Positions 38,497-48,362 of a stretch of 64,000 nt of DNA are shown here, piece after piece. Source of the DNA: a virus. The stretch spans positions 114,430 through 178,429 of the IMG/VR virus record IMGVR_UViG_3300012953_000001; one strand, written 5' to 3'. A program made the position numbers and the translations under genes. The notes beneath the pieces are model-generated. The model had not been told where the DNA came from and made no database searches. It saw nothing but the letters and a program-made list of their open reading frames with translations. Position 1 is the first letter of the stretch. Each line of letters begins with the position of its first letter.

Positions 38497-39806
38497 TGGG
38501 AAACAAAAGCAGCACCTATAAAGGTGACAGCCCTGGGAAGAAGGTAGCTCGCGCCCGCCTTTGGATTAATGCAGGGATGGTAATGACCGCCTTAGACGCC
38601 AAGTACAGGGGTGCTTACGTACTTGCTGGCGAAGGTGGAGACGTGTCTACACTTAAAGCACTGTCATTCCCCCCTAATACAATCACCGCAGTCGATACAG
38701 ATAAGGACTACGCGGGCTTTGTAGGGGAGCTATATCCTGGAATACAAACACTTGCTGGTGAGGCTGGTAACTGGTCTGAGGTAGCTGACTACAACGCTGC
38801 TAACTTAGACTTCTGTAATGGCATCACTTTAGAAAACATTGAGACGGCTTACAAGGTTGCGAAAAATGCATCCTCGTATCCAATGTGCTTAGGGGTAACC
38901 CTTATGAAGGGTCGAGAGGCTCTTTCCAAACCAAACTATGGTGTGAACCCAGATCTTCCGAGAGCCATGCGAAAAGAGCTTCGAAGAAGGTCACTGAAGT
39001 TTGGTGAGCAGAGTGGTGACCAACTGCTTATGCGCGGAAAGAGATTTGATCCTGCTCTATGTATTGAGCGTTCTACTAAGAGGCTTATGAATACCTGGGC
39101 TGTTACCGGATTTGCTGAGGCTATCGGTGCCGCTCGGAATGGTAAGTTGACGCCTCTGGGCCACGGAATGGTTCGTATGGATGCTTTCAGAGGGTGTTTG
39201 GATCTAATGCTCTATGAGCATGGTCTCCAAAGTCAGATCGTAAGTTGTTTGAGCTACCACTCAAAGTCTAAGCACAGCGGTGGTACCGGATTTGTATGCG
39301 GAAATTATGTAATAGTTCCCATGCAGGAAAGGGAAATGCTTCAGGCATATCTGACAATACATGCGCCAAGTCTTATGATGTTTGACAATATCCCTGGTGG
39401 CGAAAGTCGAGACGCACTTCGTAAGTTTGCACTCAGTGGGTGCAAAGGTCTTCCTTCAAAGGTGGTCGCGGAGCTTTTCGATATTCCACCGGGAACGGTT
39501 GCGGCATGGCGAGCAAACAACACTCGTGGTAGGTACGTCAACGACGAACCAAACACTGTGGGAAGCTTGGCACTTAGGCGTGGTGGTCTTCTGGTAGATG
39601 GTCATTCAAATATTCCCGGCCTAGGCAGGGTGAATATCGGTGAGGAAGGTGCTCCGATCTCACCCATGTATTCCGGTTGGGGTAACATAGTATACACTCC
39701 CGAATGGGAGCTTCGTATGGTTCGTCCTGAAGAGGGCGCAAACGATGTTGAAAACAAGGAGGTAGGTAATGCCTGCAATAACGAAGTTACTAGAAAAACG
39801 GGCTAG
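38496..39806 (+). CDS. SAM-methyltransferase-like domain plus HTH
   Basis: LAGEGGD, ITAVD and NLDFC Rossmann-like motifs; VAELFDIPPGTVAAW HTH. Confidence 0.5.
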   Translation: MGNKSSTYKGDSPGKKVARARLWINAGMVMTALDAKYRGAYVLAGEGGDVSTLKALSFPPNTITAVDTDKDYAGFVGELYPGIQTLAGEAGNWSEVADYNAANLDFCNGITLENIETAYKVAKNASSYPMCLGVTLMKGREALSKPNYGVNPDLPRAMRKELRRRSLKFGEQSGDQLLMRGKRFDPALCIERSTKRLMNTWAVTGFAEAIGAARNGKLTPLGHGMVRMDAFRGCLDLMLYEHGLQSQIVSCLSYHSKSKHSGGTGFVCGNYVIVPMQEREMLQAYLTIHAPSLMMFDNIPGGESRDALRKFALSGCKGLPSKVVAELFDIPPGTVAAWRANNTRGRYVNDEPNTVGSLALRRGGLLVDGHSNIPGLGRVNIGEEGAPISPMYSGWGNIVYTPEWELRMVRPEEGANDVENKEVGNACNNEVTRKTG

Positions 39807-40203
39807 TCAGAAGTCGAGGCAAGTCTTCCTTACAGAAGACAACCTAAAGTCTTTCCGTGAGGCTTACGCCTCTTGTGACGGACCAATGTTTGTCTTCGAG
39901 GGACAACCTGTTCTCTGCTCATACGCTGAATATCTACTGGAGTACTTTGAAGGTGCTCCGGTATCTAAAGAAAGCACTGCAACATGGTCGTACGAGCAGG
40001 AAAACGACACTACTAACGTCTGGAAAACTTACTCTGAGGCGGTAGCTAAAGTTAAAAAGTATCGCCTACCAGAAATGGAACATGCGACAAAAGAGCCAGA
40101 GTGTTGGGAGCATATGTGTAAAGCAAGAAAGCTGAGTAAGGAAAAGGCGTATGACTGGTGGGATTTTGTGGATTCTGAGGATGACCCTTGGACCATTAAA
40201 TAG
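39769..40203 (+). CDS. hypothetical protein
   Basis: 144 aa, AAGGAGG SD. Confidence 0.6.
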   Translation: MPAITKLLEKRASQKSRQVFLTEDNLKSFREAYASCDGPMFVFEGQPVLCSYAEYLLEYFEGAPVSKESTATWSYEQENDTTNVWKTYSEAVAKVKKYRLPEMEHATKEPECWEHMCKARKLSKEKAYDWWDFVDSEDDPWTIK

Positions 40204-40283
40204 AAGTAATAACAAACAAAACAAAGGGCCGGGTGGTGTGTAAAAAGCATCTCCCGGCTTTTTTACTTTAAGGATAACTACGT

Positions 40284-40706
40284 ATGGCTAATTACTATGC
40301 AACTGCTCGAACGAGCTACACGAAAGTTAAGGACGAGGCGGTGTTCCTCCAGTGGGCCGAAACAATCCCTGATGCAGAGGTCATCACCCATGAAACAGAA
40401 GAACACGGCAAGCTATATGGATTTCTGTTTGGCCCTAACAGTGACTGTGGGAGCTTCCCGCACTGTAAGTACGACGAGGAACTCGATGAGGAGTTCGACT
40501 TAGATATCTTCGCAGAAATTCAACCCCACATCGCTGATGGCTGGTCCATCACGTTCATGGAGGTCGGTGCTGAGAAGTACAGGTATGTGGTGGGTACAGC
40601 GGCAGTAGTCACGCCCGAAGTAATCGAACATTACGACCTAAACAGGTGGGTAGAGGAAACTTTGAATGGGCTTGGCGACCCCATGAGTACGTCGTGTGAA
40701 TACTAA
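40284..40706 (+). CDS. hypothetical protein
   Basis: 140 aa, acidic. Confidence 0.65.
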   Translation: MANYYATARTSYTKVKDEAVFLQWAETIPDAEVITHETEEHGKLYGFLFGPNSDCGSFPHCKYDEELDEEFDLDIFAEIQPHIADGWSITFMEVGAEKYRYVVGTAAVVTPEVIEHYDLNRWVEETLNGLGDPMSTSCEY

Positions 40707-40717
40707 AGGAGTAACGA

Positions 40718-40906
40718 ATGACAGACAAAGTGTTTAACTACGAGTGCTTCGGTGAGACATTGGTTTTCGCTGAAGATCTCGGCTGGGTGGACAATCACCC
40801 AGATGCAGACGACCCAAACTACGATGGCCCTACAGCCGACGAGATTGAACAAGAAGCAATCGAGTTCATTCAGTCCAAAGGCTACAGGGTGGAGGGGTAC
40901 AACTAA
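40718..40906 (+). CDS. small acidic hypothetical protein
   Basis: AAGGAG SD. Confidence 0.6.
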   Translation: MTDKVFNYECFGETLVFAEDLGWVDNHPDADDPNYDGPTADEIEQEAIEFIQSKGYRVEGYN

Positions 40907-41133
40907 TGTTTACAAATAAATGGGAGTCCCTGATGGAAGTCATCGTTCACCACGCCACTATTCAGGGCTGGAATGACCGGGTAACCATCGGCGTACTATG
41001 TGATTTTATTGAATCGCGAATGCGTCCACACCTCGAACAGCATGAGCGTGTAGATGAGCTTCGCAAATACCTAGAGGAAAGAGTGGCGGAAGAAAAAAGC
41101 TGGTGCGGTGGAGGGAGTGATGAAGATTGGTAA
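40906..41133 (+). CDS. hypothetical protein
   Basis: TAATG coupling. Confidence 0.55.
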   Translation: MFTNKWESLMEVIVHHATIQGWNDRVTIGVLCDFIESRMRPHLEQHERVDELRKYLEERVAEEKSWCGGGSDEDW

Positions 41134-41443
41134 TAAGAGATTAGAATGCCTAGTTGTCCAAGAATCTGACCATGGAGAATACGTGCTGATAAAACCTGTC
41201 CCCGGGCAGGTCGTGGCACACGTAGATCCCGGACCTCTTCAGGAGGAGTACGCGAGGCTTTTTGCGGCTTCCCCTGAACTGCTCAGGGCATTGCGTAGCT
41301 TGGTTCTTTGTCTAAGTGATGAACAAGACGATTACCCAGACCTTGGGTACTTCCGAATGGTTCAGCGCAGGAAGAACGCGGCTCATATAGCACTGACACC
41401 ATTCGAAGGTGTTTTAGAAAAAGGAAAAGATAATGAGTCATAA
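41108..41443 (+). CDS. hypothetical protein
   Basis: 111 aa in an operon. Confidence 0.55.
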   Translation: MEGVMKIGNKRLECLVVQESDHGEYVLIKPVPGQVVAHVDPGPLQEEYARLFAASPELLRALRSLVLCLSDEQDDYPDLGYFRMVQRRKNAAHIALTPFEGVLEKGKDNES

Positions 41444-41675
41444 TATAAGAGACTACGGTCTTGTTGACAGCGAGCCAACAGGAATCCCCACAGCCAAACC
41501 AGCGCCAGAGGAGCTTCGAAAAGAAGGATGCCCTCACTGTGGTTGTAAGGAGGTTATGGAGGTGACTGTAGAAATTGAACAACCCCTATTGAAAGGCGGT
41601 GGCGGAAAGGGTACTTACTTTGGATGCCCTGCCTGCCCCTGGGCTTCGCCAATGCTTGCGGTGACAAATGGGTGA
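41433..41675 (+). CDS. zinc-ribbon protein
   Basis: CPHCGC..CPACPW. Confidence 0.6.
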   Translation: MSHNIRDYGLVDSEPTGIPTAKPAPEELRKEGCPHCGCKEVMEVTVEIEQPLLKGGGGKGTYFGCPACPWASPMLAVTNG

Positions 41676-42183
41676 TCGCTGCTACCTAAATATAAGAATA
41701 CATCCAGACGACTACGCACTCGCGAAATCTATACTGGAATCAAGCACATTCCAAAATTGGCCAGATTCGATTCAAGCGTTTCGCGCTAGTGGTGCGCCAG
41801 AGTCTGGTGATTTTTGGGCCGACGAATTGTGCGTAAAAGATGGTTTGCTGGTTGTTGAAGAGTACGAGGCCAACTGGGGCTGGTATGAACAGCTAACCGA
41901 ACTAGGTAAAGAGGGTTGTCGTTTCGTTGCGTACAACGGCGACGGAGACAACTACTCTTACGGTGTCACAATAGGTACCGGTATCTTAGAAAGTGAGGTG
42001 GATGGAGAAAGGATTCATAGGTTTCACGAACTAGCCTCCAACCAGGATGGGAACCCGATTGCTACGGTAAACAAGCACGGGAATATTCCCCCGGAAGTGC
42101 AAAAGTTGCTGAGACAAGCGATGCGTGATTTACGAAACATAGAACGAGAATTTTCAAAGCTAAAAAGAAAACAAGAGCCGTAA
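41668..42183 (+). CDS. hypothetical protein
   Basis: 171 aa. Confidence 0.6.
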   Translation: MGDRCYLNIRIHPDDYALAKSILESSTFQNWPDSIQAFRASGAPESGDFWADELCVKDGLLVVEEYEANWGWYEQLTELGKEGCRFVAYNGDGDNYSYGVTIGTGILESEVDGERIHRFHELASNQDGNPIATVNKHGNIPPEVQKLLRQAMRDLRNIEREFSKLKRKQEP

Positions 42184-42204
42184 GGCTAATAACTTGGAGA
42201 AAGC

Positions 42205-42507
42205 ATGGGACGCGAAAAATCCCGATGGCTAACCCTAGACGAATGGACTTGCCCTAACCACTTACCCTCACCGAGATTTCCAGCAAGCCTGGAGAAGTGT
42301 TGGTATTTGAATTGTGGAAGTCGGCCACCTCTTGAGGACAGACCTACCCCCAAGAACCCTGTCTGCGCATGGCAAATGTGTGATAAGGGTTTCTCGGGTG
42401 GTAGGGCGTTTTCTAGGGAGAAAAGTAAATATTGCTCTAGAGATTGTTCGAACAAGAATGCTAGAGCCAGACACAAAGATCGGAAGGGAGTAGACGATGA
42501 ACGATGA
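42205..42507 (+). CDS. Cys-rich zinc-finger protein
   Basis: C..C..F....KYCSRDC treble-clef-like motif. Confidence 0.55.
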   Translation: MGREKSRWLTLDEWTCPNHLPSPRFPASLEKCWYLNCGSRPPLEDRPTPKNPVCAWQMCDKGFSGGRAFSREKSKYCSRDCSNKNARARHKDRKGVDDER

Positions 42508-42706
42508 GCAGGAATACCGAGATGAGATTAGAAAACTAGAGGCGGCAGTAAAGGCGCTACTATATATAGTTTCTGAGTATGTCCCGCTATCTGACCATCA
42601 TAATGTGTACGGACATAAAATTGATTTTAGTCCTGAGCTAACTGCCGTCCGTGCAGCCCTTAAGCAAACTGAGACCTTTAAGGCCAGTTGGGAAGATAAA
42701 ACATAG
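42497..42706 (+). CDS. hypothetical protein
   Basis: 69 aa, coupled. Confidence 0.55.
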   Translation: MNDEQEYRDEIRKLEAAVKALLYIVSEYVPLSDHHNVYGHKIDFSPELTAVRAALKQTETFKASWEDKT

Positions 42707-42715
42707 GAGGATCGT

Positions 42716-42973
42716 ATGGTACAAGGAGATACCTTTACTGTTGTGATCACAGTAGGAGGCACGCTAACAAGCGAGCTTAAAGAAAAGCTAAACCAAGAGC
42801 ACCCAGACAAAACATTCGTGAAAGCCATAGAGTCTTGTCTGACGAATGCGCTAAGTATGGGTATCCTTGAAGATATTTGTGAAGAGGTTAATATCTCCTA
42901 CACAAACGTAAATGCACAATGTAATGTGTCCAAAAATCAAGTACCGTTGTCTGAAGAAATTATTACTAAGTAA
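42716..42973 (+). CDS. hypothetical protein
   Basis: AGGAGG SD. Confidence 0.6.
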   Translation: MVQGDTFTVVITVGGTLTSELKEKLNQEHPDKTFVKAIESCLTNALSMGILEDICEEVNISYTNVNAQCNVSKNQVPLSEEIITK

Positions 42974-43218
42974 TGGGCCCCATACACGATAGAAAATCTT
43001 ACGAGGAACTGCGAGACGCAGTTTTTTACTGGGAGAGACTCCTCCGAAAAATTTGGAGGTATATCACTCGCCCGCTTAGGAGAACTCAATGAAAAGCTGT
43101 GCAAACAGTGGCCCGCCAAATACGGGTTCCTCTGAGGCTTCTATACGCCTCGGAGATAAAAAAGGGAGTCCCGAATACCCGGACTACGAACAGTCCTTCA
43201 TATTCGATACACCCCCTA

Positions 43219-43617
43219 CTAAGCCTCAGCAATTGGCTTTGTCATAGTCCAAGTGAGGTAGGAGAGGTAAGCCATCAGTTGCTCACAAAAGTCAGCGAGC
43301 AGATCGTGATGTCTTAAGAGTTCCTTCCAGGACTTTTCATCTAATCGGATGTCGCCCTTTTCGGCGCATACAACTCTAACGATTTCGGCTTCTTCATAGT
43401 CGGACTCGTCTATGTATGGGTCTGTCTTCGTCCAATAGGGGTCATCCTTAATCGAAGTCAGACTGCACTGAACTTGCCAATCCTGTCCCGCAACTGGGAA
43501 GCTTACGTAGAAAACCATAGAGTCGTCTACCATTGTAGGGGCTCCAAAATCATACACAAATTTTATCGAAAGGATCGTGATGGACGAAGTATGCAACAAA
43601 AATAAAACAACCAACAA
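43219..43617 (-). CDS. hypothetical protein (start uncertain, possibly ATG ~43533)
   Basis: Acidic globular-looking ORF on the opposite strand. Confidence 0.45.
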   Translation of the reverse strand: MLVVLFLLHTSSITILSIKFVYDFGAPTMVDDSMVFYVSFPVAGQDWQVQCSLTSIKDDPYWTKTDPYIDESDYEEAEIVRVVCAEKGDIRLDEKSWKELLRHHDLLADFCEQLMAYLSYLTWTMTKPIAEA

Positions 43618-43786
43618 TCTCGTAAATCATCTCATGTCTTACGAAGCTGGCGAAATGTCGGACGATGAGCAAATTAAATTTTTCCAAGAGTTAATTAATA
43701 CCGGCTTAGCCTGGAGTCTCCAGGGGCACTACGGAAGAGTTGCTGCATCTATGATCGAAGCCGGTTTATGCGAAAGCAAGGAGTGA
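43577..43786 (+). CDS. conserved small phage protein
   Basis: YEAGEM..FQELINTGLAWSLQGHYGR.A..MIEAG. Confidence 0.6.
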   Translation: MMDEVCNKNKTTNNLVNHLMSYEAGEMSDDEQIKFFQELINTGLAWSLQGHYGRVAASMIEAGLCESKE

Positions 43787-43791
43787 GTAAC

Positions 43792-44199
43792 ATGGGACAA
43801 TACCATATAGTCGTTAATATCGACAAAGAGCAAATCTTGGACCCACATAAGTTTGGGTCTGGTCTAAAGTTGATGGAGTTCGGTAATGACGGGCAGAGTA
43901 TCTTAACCGGCCTAGCCGTTTTGTTGGCAGATAGCAACGGGCGTGGTGGTGGTGACCTTAGGAGTGACAAGCCTATTGTTGGCTCTTGGGCTGGAGACCG
44001 GATTGTTATCGCAGGAGACTACGGTGACGATGGTAAGTGGATCGAAGGCGGAGAGCGAAACCTATATCAGCACGCTGACGAAAACTACGCTGACATCTCA
44101 AACGAGGTGATCGAGGCAATCGTAGAAGGTGAGGGAAGTTGGCACAGGTTGTCCAAGATTAACCTCTCCGAGCCCGGTTGGCGAAACGCCCTCGTATGA
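43792..44199 (+). CDS. conserved hypothetical protein
   Basis: MGQYH..VNIDK..G.KL.E..GSWAGDRIVI.GDY. Confidence 0.65.
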   Translation: MGQYHIVVNIDKEQILDPHKFGSGLKLMEFGNDGQSILTGLAVLLADSNGRGGGDLRSDKPIVGSWAGDRIVIAGDYGDDGKWIEGGERNLYQHADENYADISNEVIEAIVEGEGSWHRLSKINLSEPGWRNALV

Positions 44200-44993
44200 A
44201 ACTCTACCACGGAACCAGTGAAACCGTAGCTCGCCTCGCCATCACGGAGGGGCTTAAAACCAGAGAAAACTCTGGGTCGAAAGGTAACTGGGAACACTCT
44301 ATCGACTCCGCCCCAGACCGGGTCTACATGTCAGTTGCGTATGCTGGGTACTTCGCCTACTGCGCCACGGAGTCAGGCGAGCCCTGGGGAATTGTAGAAA
44401 TAGACACTGACTTACTATTCGAAGACCTTCTACTTCCAGATGAGGATTTCTTAGAGCAAGCTAGTCAAAATGAGGATGTCCCTGAGGACTCCATATTTGA
44501 TGGTCTTAGGGAGGCCCAATCATTAACAACCGTTAGCGACAGGATGAAAGCCAGAACAGCTTTCTACCGAGATAACGCGTTTATGTTTGGGCACTTGTGG
44601 AGCGACTCGATAAAGTTTTTGGGTAACTGTTGTTACTGGGCTAACGTCCCGCCAGAAGCAATATCCCGAGTCACAGTATTTGATCCAAAGTCAAACCATG
44701 ACATCTACATGTCGGTAGACCCGACTATCACGTTAATGAACTACCGTTTCTGCGCACAAAAATACAAAGCGATCACAAGATGGTTGGCTGGTTACACGGA
44801 CGTAGACGCGCAAGATCTAACGATGCTCTTCGGGGAGTACGCTGAGATAACGCTGCCTGATGATGTTGAGGTACCTAAAGAACTCCAAGAGCTAGTTGCA
44901 CTTAAAAATAATAAGATGGCAGTGCAAGACTATTGGAGAGATGTAGTTATCCCTAACAGAGAGGGCCTAGAAGTAATCAAGCAAGGCGCTTGA
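44196..44993 (+). CDS. ADP-ribosyltransferase-fold protein (H-Y type, putative)
   Basis: LYHGTS..GLK..RVYMS..YA.YFA..IVEID. Confidence 0.55.
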   Translation: MKLYHGTSETVARLAITEGLKTRENSGSKGNWEHSIDSAPDRVYMSVAYAGYFAYCATESGEPWGIVEIDTDLLFEDLLLPDEDFLEQASQNEDVPEDSIFDGLREAQSLTTVSDRMKARTAFYRDNAFMFGHLWSDSIKFLGNCCYWANVPPEAISRVTVFDPKSNHDIYMSVDPTITLMNYRFCAQKYKAITRWLAGYTDVDAQDLTMLFGEYAEITLPDDVEVPKELQELVALKNNKMAVQDYWRDVVIPNREGLEVIKQGA

Positions 44994-45008
44994 TACTAAA
45001 GTGTGCTC

Positions 45009-45296
45009 CTATTCCTGGGGCACACTTTTTTTACCTGTGTCCCGTATGACGATCTCTAGCTCAACCTCAGGACTTACCTCAATGTTTACCGTGTGTCCGT
45101 CAAGAGATTGCGTAACCACGCACGGCCCGAGGATGTGTACCTCATGAGCCAAGGTGTGGGCCTTGCTCACATTGGTCACCTGAATGCTCGGCCTGTTACT
45201 TCCCTTAACCTTCTTGTTTTCCATTAAGGCGGGCTGGTTTACGTTCACCTTTACAGGTTTAGGTCCACGTCCCTTGTCCTTATAACGGCGCTCCAT
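45009..45296 (-). CDS. conserved phage hypothetical protein (paralog-like to 56605..56862)
   Basis: VNVNQ..N..P.I.V..AHEV.I.GP. Confidence 0.55.
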   Translation of the reverse strand: MERRYKDKGRGPKPVKVNVNQPALMENKKVKGSNRPSIQVTNVSKAHTLAHEVHILGPCVVTQSLDGHTVNIEVSPEVELEIVIRDTGKKSVPQE

Positions 45297-45829
45297 TAGT
45301 CACCTGTTTCAAAAGCTATCGTTCCTGGGACATCCCCAGGAACAGTTACCCACTTATGTGGGCTTCGCTTACTTAGTTCGTTCTCGATGAACTCTTGGTG
45401 TGAGGTGTACTCCTGCCAGTTTGTCATAACCACCTCATACAAAATGCGGGGCCAGAGCTTCTCGTACTCTTCAGGAGATAGCCTCTCTTTCCCGATATCC
45501 GTGACGCCAACCTCAGTCGCGTAAGGACACCCAAGTCTAAGCCAACCCTTGTCTCTCGCGTAGTGTGTATGACCACACCAGGGAGCTAATTCCATACGGT
45601 CTTCGTATACTGAGCACTGAAATCTCCCTCGTCCAAGGTTCTCCAGTGGGCCGTCTCCAACTCGTTCGAGGTACTTGCAGTGAAGACCCTCGACAACAAT
45701 ATCGCGGTCATCGATGTTGACAGTAGAATGGCACCCAACACCACATCTCTCACACTTGTTTTCGTGGTCATCTGAGCTATCTCCCTGCTTAGCTATTACA
45801 GGTAATACTGGATCGAATTCCTTCTTCAT
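45296..45829 (-). CDS. YkgJ-like Cys-cluster (Zn/Fe-S) protein
   Basis: CERCGVGC..CKYL..CSVYEDR..C..C. Confidence 0.6.
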   Translation of the reverse strand: MKKEFDPVLPVIAKQGDSSDDHENKCERCGVGCHSTVNIDDRDIVVEGLHCKYLERVGDGPLENLGRGRFQCSVYEDRMELAPWCGHTHYARDKGWLRLGCPYATEVGVTDIGKERLSPEEYEKLWPRILYEVVMTNWQEYTSHQEFIENELSKRSPHKWVTVPGDVPGTIAFETGD

Positions 45830-45838
45830 GCGTCCCTC

Positions 45839-47332
45839 TTAGTCGGCTGGGCCATGTATAACCGCTACTAGGCCCTTTTCTTTGTCATGCAAATAAAGTG
45901 GGAGCGACTTAGGTGCGCCCACATATCCAGAGGCGGCGTGCCACCTATCTGGTCCAGATAAACTAGGTAATTGTCTTCTTGTAACTCCGTACGAAGTGTC
46001 TGTCTCTGTTTTCTCATAATGAAGATGGCCCGTATAGATAGTTCTATGGCTAGCCGACCAGTCTTCTTTCGCCTCCCGGGCCATAAGTCCTGCAAGATCT
46101 TTAGTCTTTCCGACTTTATCTCCGTGAACGAACCCAATCAAGTTTTCCCCATACCTAGTATATACCCGGGGAGTTCTAACACGATTTACTGTCACATCGA
46201 TAGATGTTCGGTAATAGGCATCTAAATACAAGAGGAGCGCCAACCCAGAATGGCGATCATGATTGCCGCTCATAAGAACAAGTTCCACCGGACAGATTTG
46301 TCGAAGTCTGTTTACCCAACTAACCATAAACTCACAACCGGAAACAAGGATCTCCGCAGGGGTTCCGTCCATATCTTGGACTGTCCCTCTGGTCGTAGTC
46401 CCTTGCTGTGTGTCCATCTGGAAAAAGTCACTGCCTACAGGTACATAGAGTTTCTCTGGGGTTCCGAACTGAGCCATTCTTGAGAGTACATCATCCGTGC
46501 AAGCAAACAACCTCTTGGCAGCAATTTCTCTATCGAACTGCTCCCAGTTTTCACCAGCGTCAGAGTACTTACCCCAGTGAAAGTCACTCAGGCCAACAAC
46601 GGCTGCGTAAGGACGCTTTGCGGGCTTTAGGTCTAGCTTAGGCGGAACCGCTGCTTTGGTCTCAGACAGCAAGGAAAGAAACTCTCTGAAAATCGTATCG
46701 TCAAAATTTCGCCACTGAGCGGCGTCCTTTTTTATTTCTTTCCACCGGTCGCTCTCAATCCTTCTATATATTGCAGCGCGTCGAATCTGTAGTGCTTCTT
46801 GGGCAAGGTCGTCTTCACTCCTAGTCATGATCTCTTCAGGGGTGAAAGGCTCCCGATCATGCGTTATGCCGTGAATTCTCAGGTACTTTACTAGTGTATT
46901 CCTAGGCAGCTTAAACGAGCGTGCGAGTTCGTTAACCGAGGCTGGGTTGTTGTCGTAGTTACTGTAAGCTCTGCAAATCTCTCTGTGGATAGAGCCTGGG
47001 ATAGCGAGTGCATGGGGCTCCCCTGGCAGGTACGTCGTATACACGTCTGCCTCAGCATCGTACCAAACACGCTTGTCTGTGGTGTAGCTTTTAAGATCTA
47101 CGGACTCCTTCTCTTCAGAAGGTTCTGCATCTTCCGGGCCTTTATCTTGCTGCACAACCCACTTGCCCCACGAGGCAAACTCCTCGTATGTAAATTCGAA
47201 CCGTTCTCCATAACGTGTATGTAGCCTTCGCCAGTCCCTTTTTTGAAGCTGCGCGAGCAGGCGTGCGCCATACTTCTCGCGTAGCTCCTCCCAACGCTGA
47301 TTAACTTCTGTATCGCTCAAGTGTGCCTCCAA
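45839..47332 (-). CDS. HTH + calcineurin-like phosphoesterase/nuclease
   Basis: SDFHWG, GSDFF..D, GNHD, HGD and GHLH motifs; upstream VNELARSFKLPRNTL HTH. Confidence 0.8.
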   Translation of the reverse strand: MEAHLSDTEVNQRWEELREKYGARLLAQLQKRDWRRLHTRYGERFEFTYEEFASWGKWVVQQDKGPEDAEPSEEKESVDLKSYTTDKRVWYDAEADVYTTYLPGEPHALAIPGSIHREICRAYSNYDNNPASVNELARSFKLPRNTLVKYLRIHGITHDREPFTPEEIMTRSEDDLAQEALQIRRAAIYRRIESDRWKEIKKDAAQWRNFDDTIFREFLSLLSETKAAVPPKLDLKPAKRPYAAVVGLSDFHWGKYSDAGENWEQFDREIAAKRLFACTDDVLSRMAQFGTPEKLYVPVGSDFFQMDTQQGTTTRGTVQDMDGTPAEILVSGCEFMVSWVNRLRQICPVELVLMSGNHDRHSGLALLLYLDAYYRTSIDVTVNRVRTPRVYTRYGENLIGFVHGDKVGKTKDLAGLMAREAKEDWSASHRTIYTGHLHYEKTETDTSYGVTRRQLPSLSGPDRWHAASGYVGAPKSLPLYLHDKEKGLVAVIHGPAD

Positions 47333-47467
47333 ATTTTCATCTTGAGGGGTCGTAGCCCTTTTCTATGCGGGGGAGCGTCACGCTTTTGCCGATTCACTTA
47401 TCACAGCTAATAATTAGATTAGCGTCCTACCCCCCGGCAATCGCCGGGGGGAGGAACTGCTATATCT

Positions 47468-48127
47468 CTAAACGTTTCCTTGGCCTTCTCTACCAGCACT
47501 CCATAATTGGTTAATTGTGTCTTGGTAAGACACGTTCAATATATTTCGGTTCAACAACTCTACAGCTGTCTCTACCGCACCATCATACCCGGTACCACGT
47601 ACTAGGTCGAAGACCTTGCCGTACAATGCCGTTGCAACGCCGTTGTCTCGAATGAGCCCATACTGTGTTCGAGTATCGAGACTCATGTCCGATGGGGTGT
47701 GTTCTCTGTTGATCCACATTACATCAAACTCGCCAACGCCTTGCCGCCAATGGAACCCGGTCAACCAAGCACCTTCTCCATTCAACAAAGACCCTCTATT
47801 CCAGATAATATTTGGATAGTCAGTCTTCCAGCCAAGCTTTGCTATTTCACGGAGCAACGGGTCAAAGACCTCATCTTTGTTCCGGGGCACACGGCGACAA
47901 AGAGCACGTAGGTTATTTGGTGAGTAGATGAATGGTGCTACTTGAGTATTACGAGCAACTGGGTTTAGATGTCTATTCGAAAATATAATTGAGTGTGCAG
48001 AAGTAGCAAACGCTTTTCTGGCAACATCGTAGCTATAAAGTGAGCAAAGACTATCTATGAAATTCTTTGACGTAAATGGTCCTGGGCCGGACAAAAATTT
48101 TCTGTTAACCGGAAACAATGCTCCCAT
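47468..48127 (-). CDS. hypothetical protein
   Basis: AGGAGGTG SD before ATG 48127 (shorter than the track ORF). Confidence 0.6.
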   Translation of the reverse strand: MGALFPVNRKFLSGPGPFTSKNFIDSLCSLYSYDVARKAFATSAHSIIFSNRHLNPVARNTQVAPFIYSPNNLRALCRRVPRNKDEVFDPLLREIAKLGWKTDYPNIIWNRGSLLNGEGAWLTGFHWRQGVGEFDVMWINREHTPSDMSLDTRTQYGLIRDNGVATALYGKVFDLVRGTGYDGAVETAVELLNRNILNVSYQDTINQLWSAGREGQGNV

Positions 48128-48184
48128 GATACACCTCCTGCGTGTATGGTTCTTGTCGAATATATAAGGGGGACACTTCAAGTT

Positions 48185-48231
48185 GCTTATACCAATCGGA
48201 CGCACAAAACTGCGTGTTTGGCGGGTATAAG
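48185..48231. promoter_or_regulatory. overlapping divergent promoter-like motifs
   Basis: Plus ACAAAA-N14-GGTATAAG (48204-48231); minus GCAGTT-N14-GGTATAAG (48213-48186). Confidence 0.55.
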
Positions 48232-48362
48232 AGGTTTGCGGAAACTTTATCCGTGTGCATTCTATGAGGGCTAAGAAATAGTTATAGTTACCGCCCAACA
48301 AAAGTAACGAATCCTGCCCCCCAAAAGGTGGCAAAGCAGTAATATTCAAAGGAGGTCTGCTA

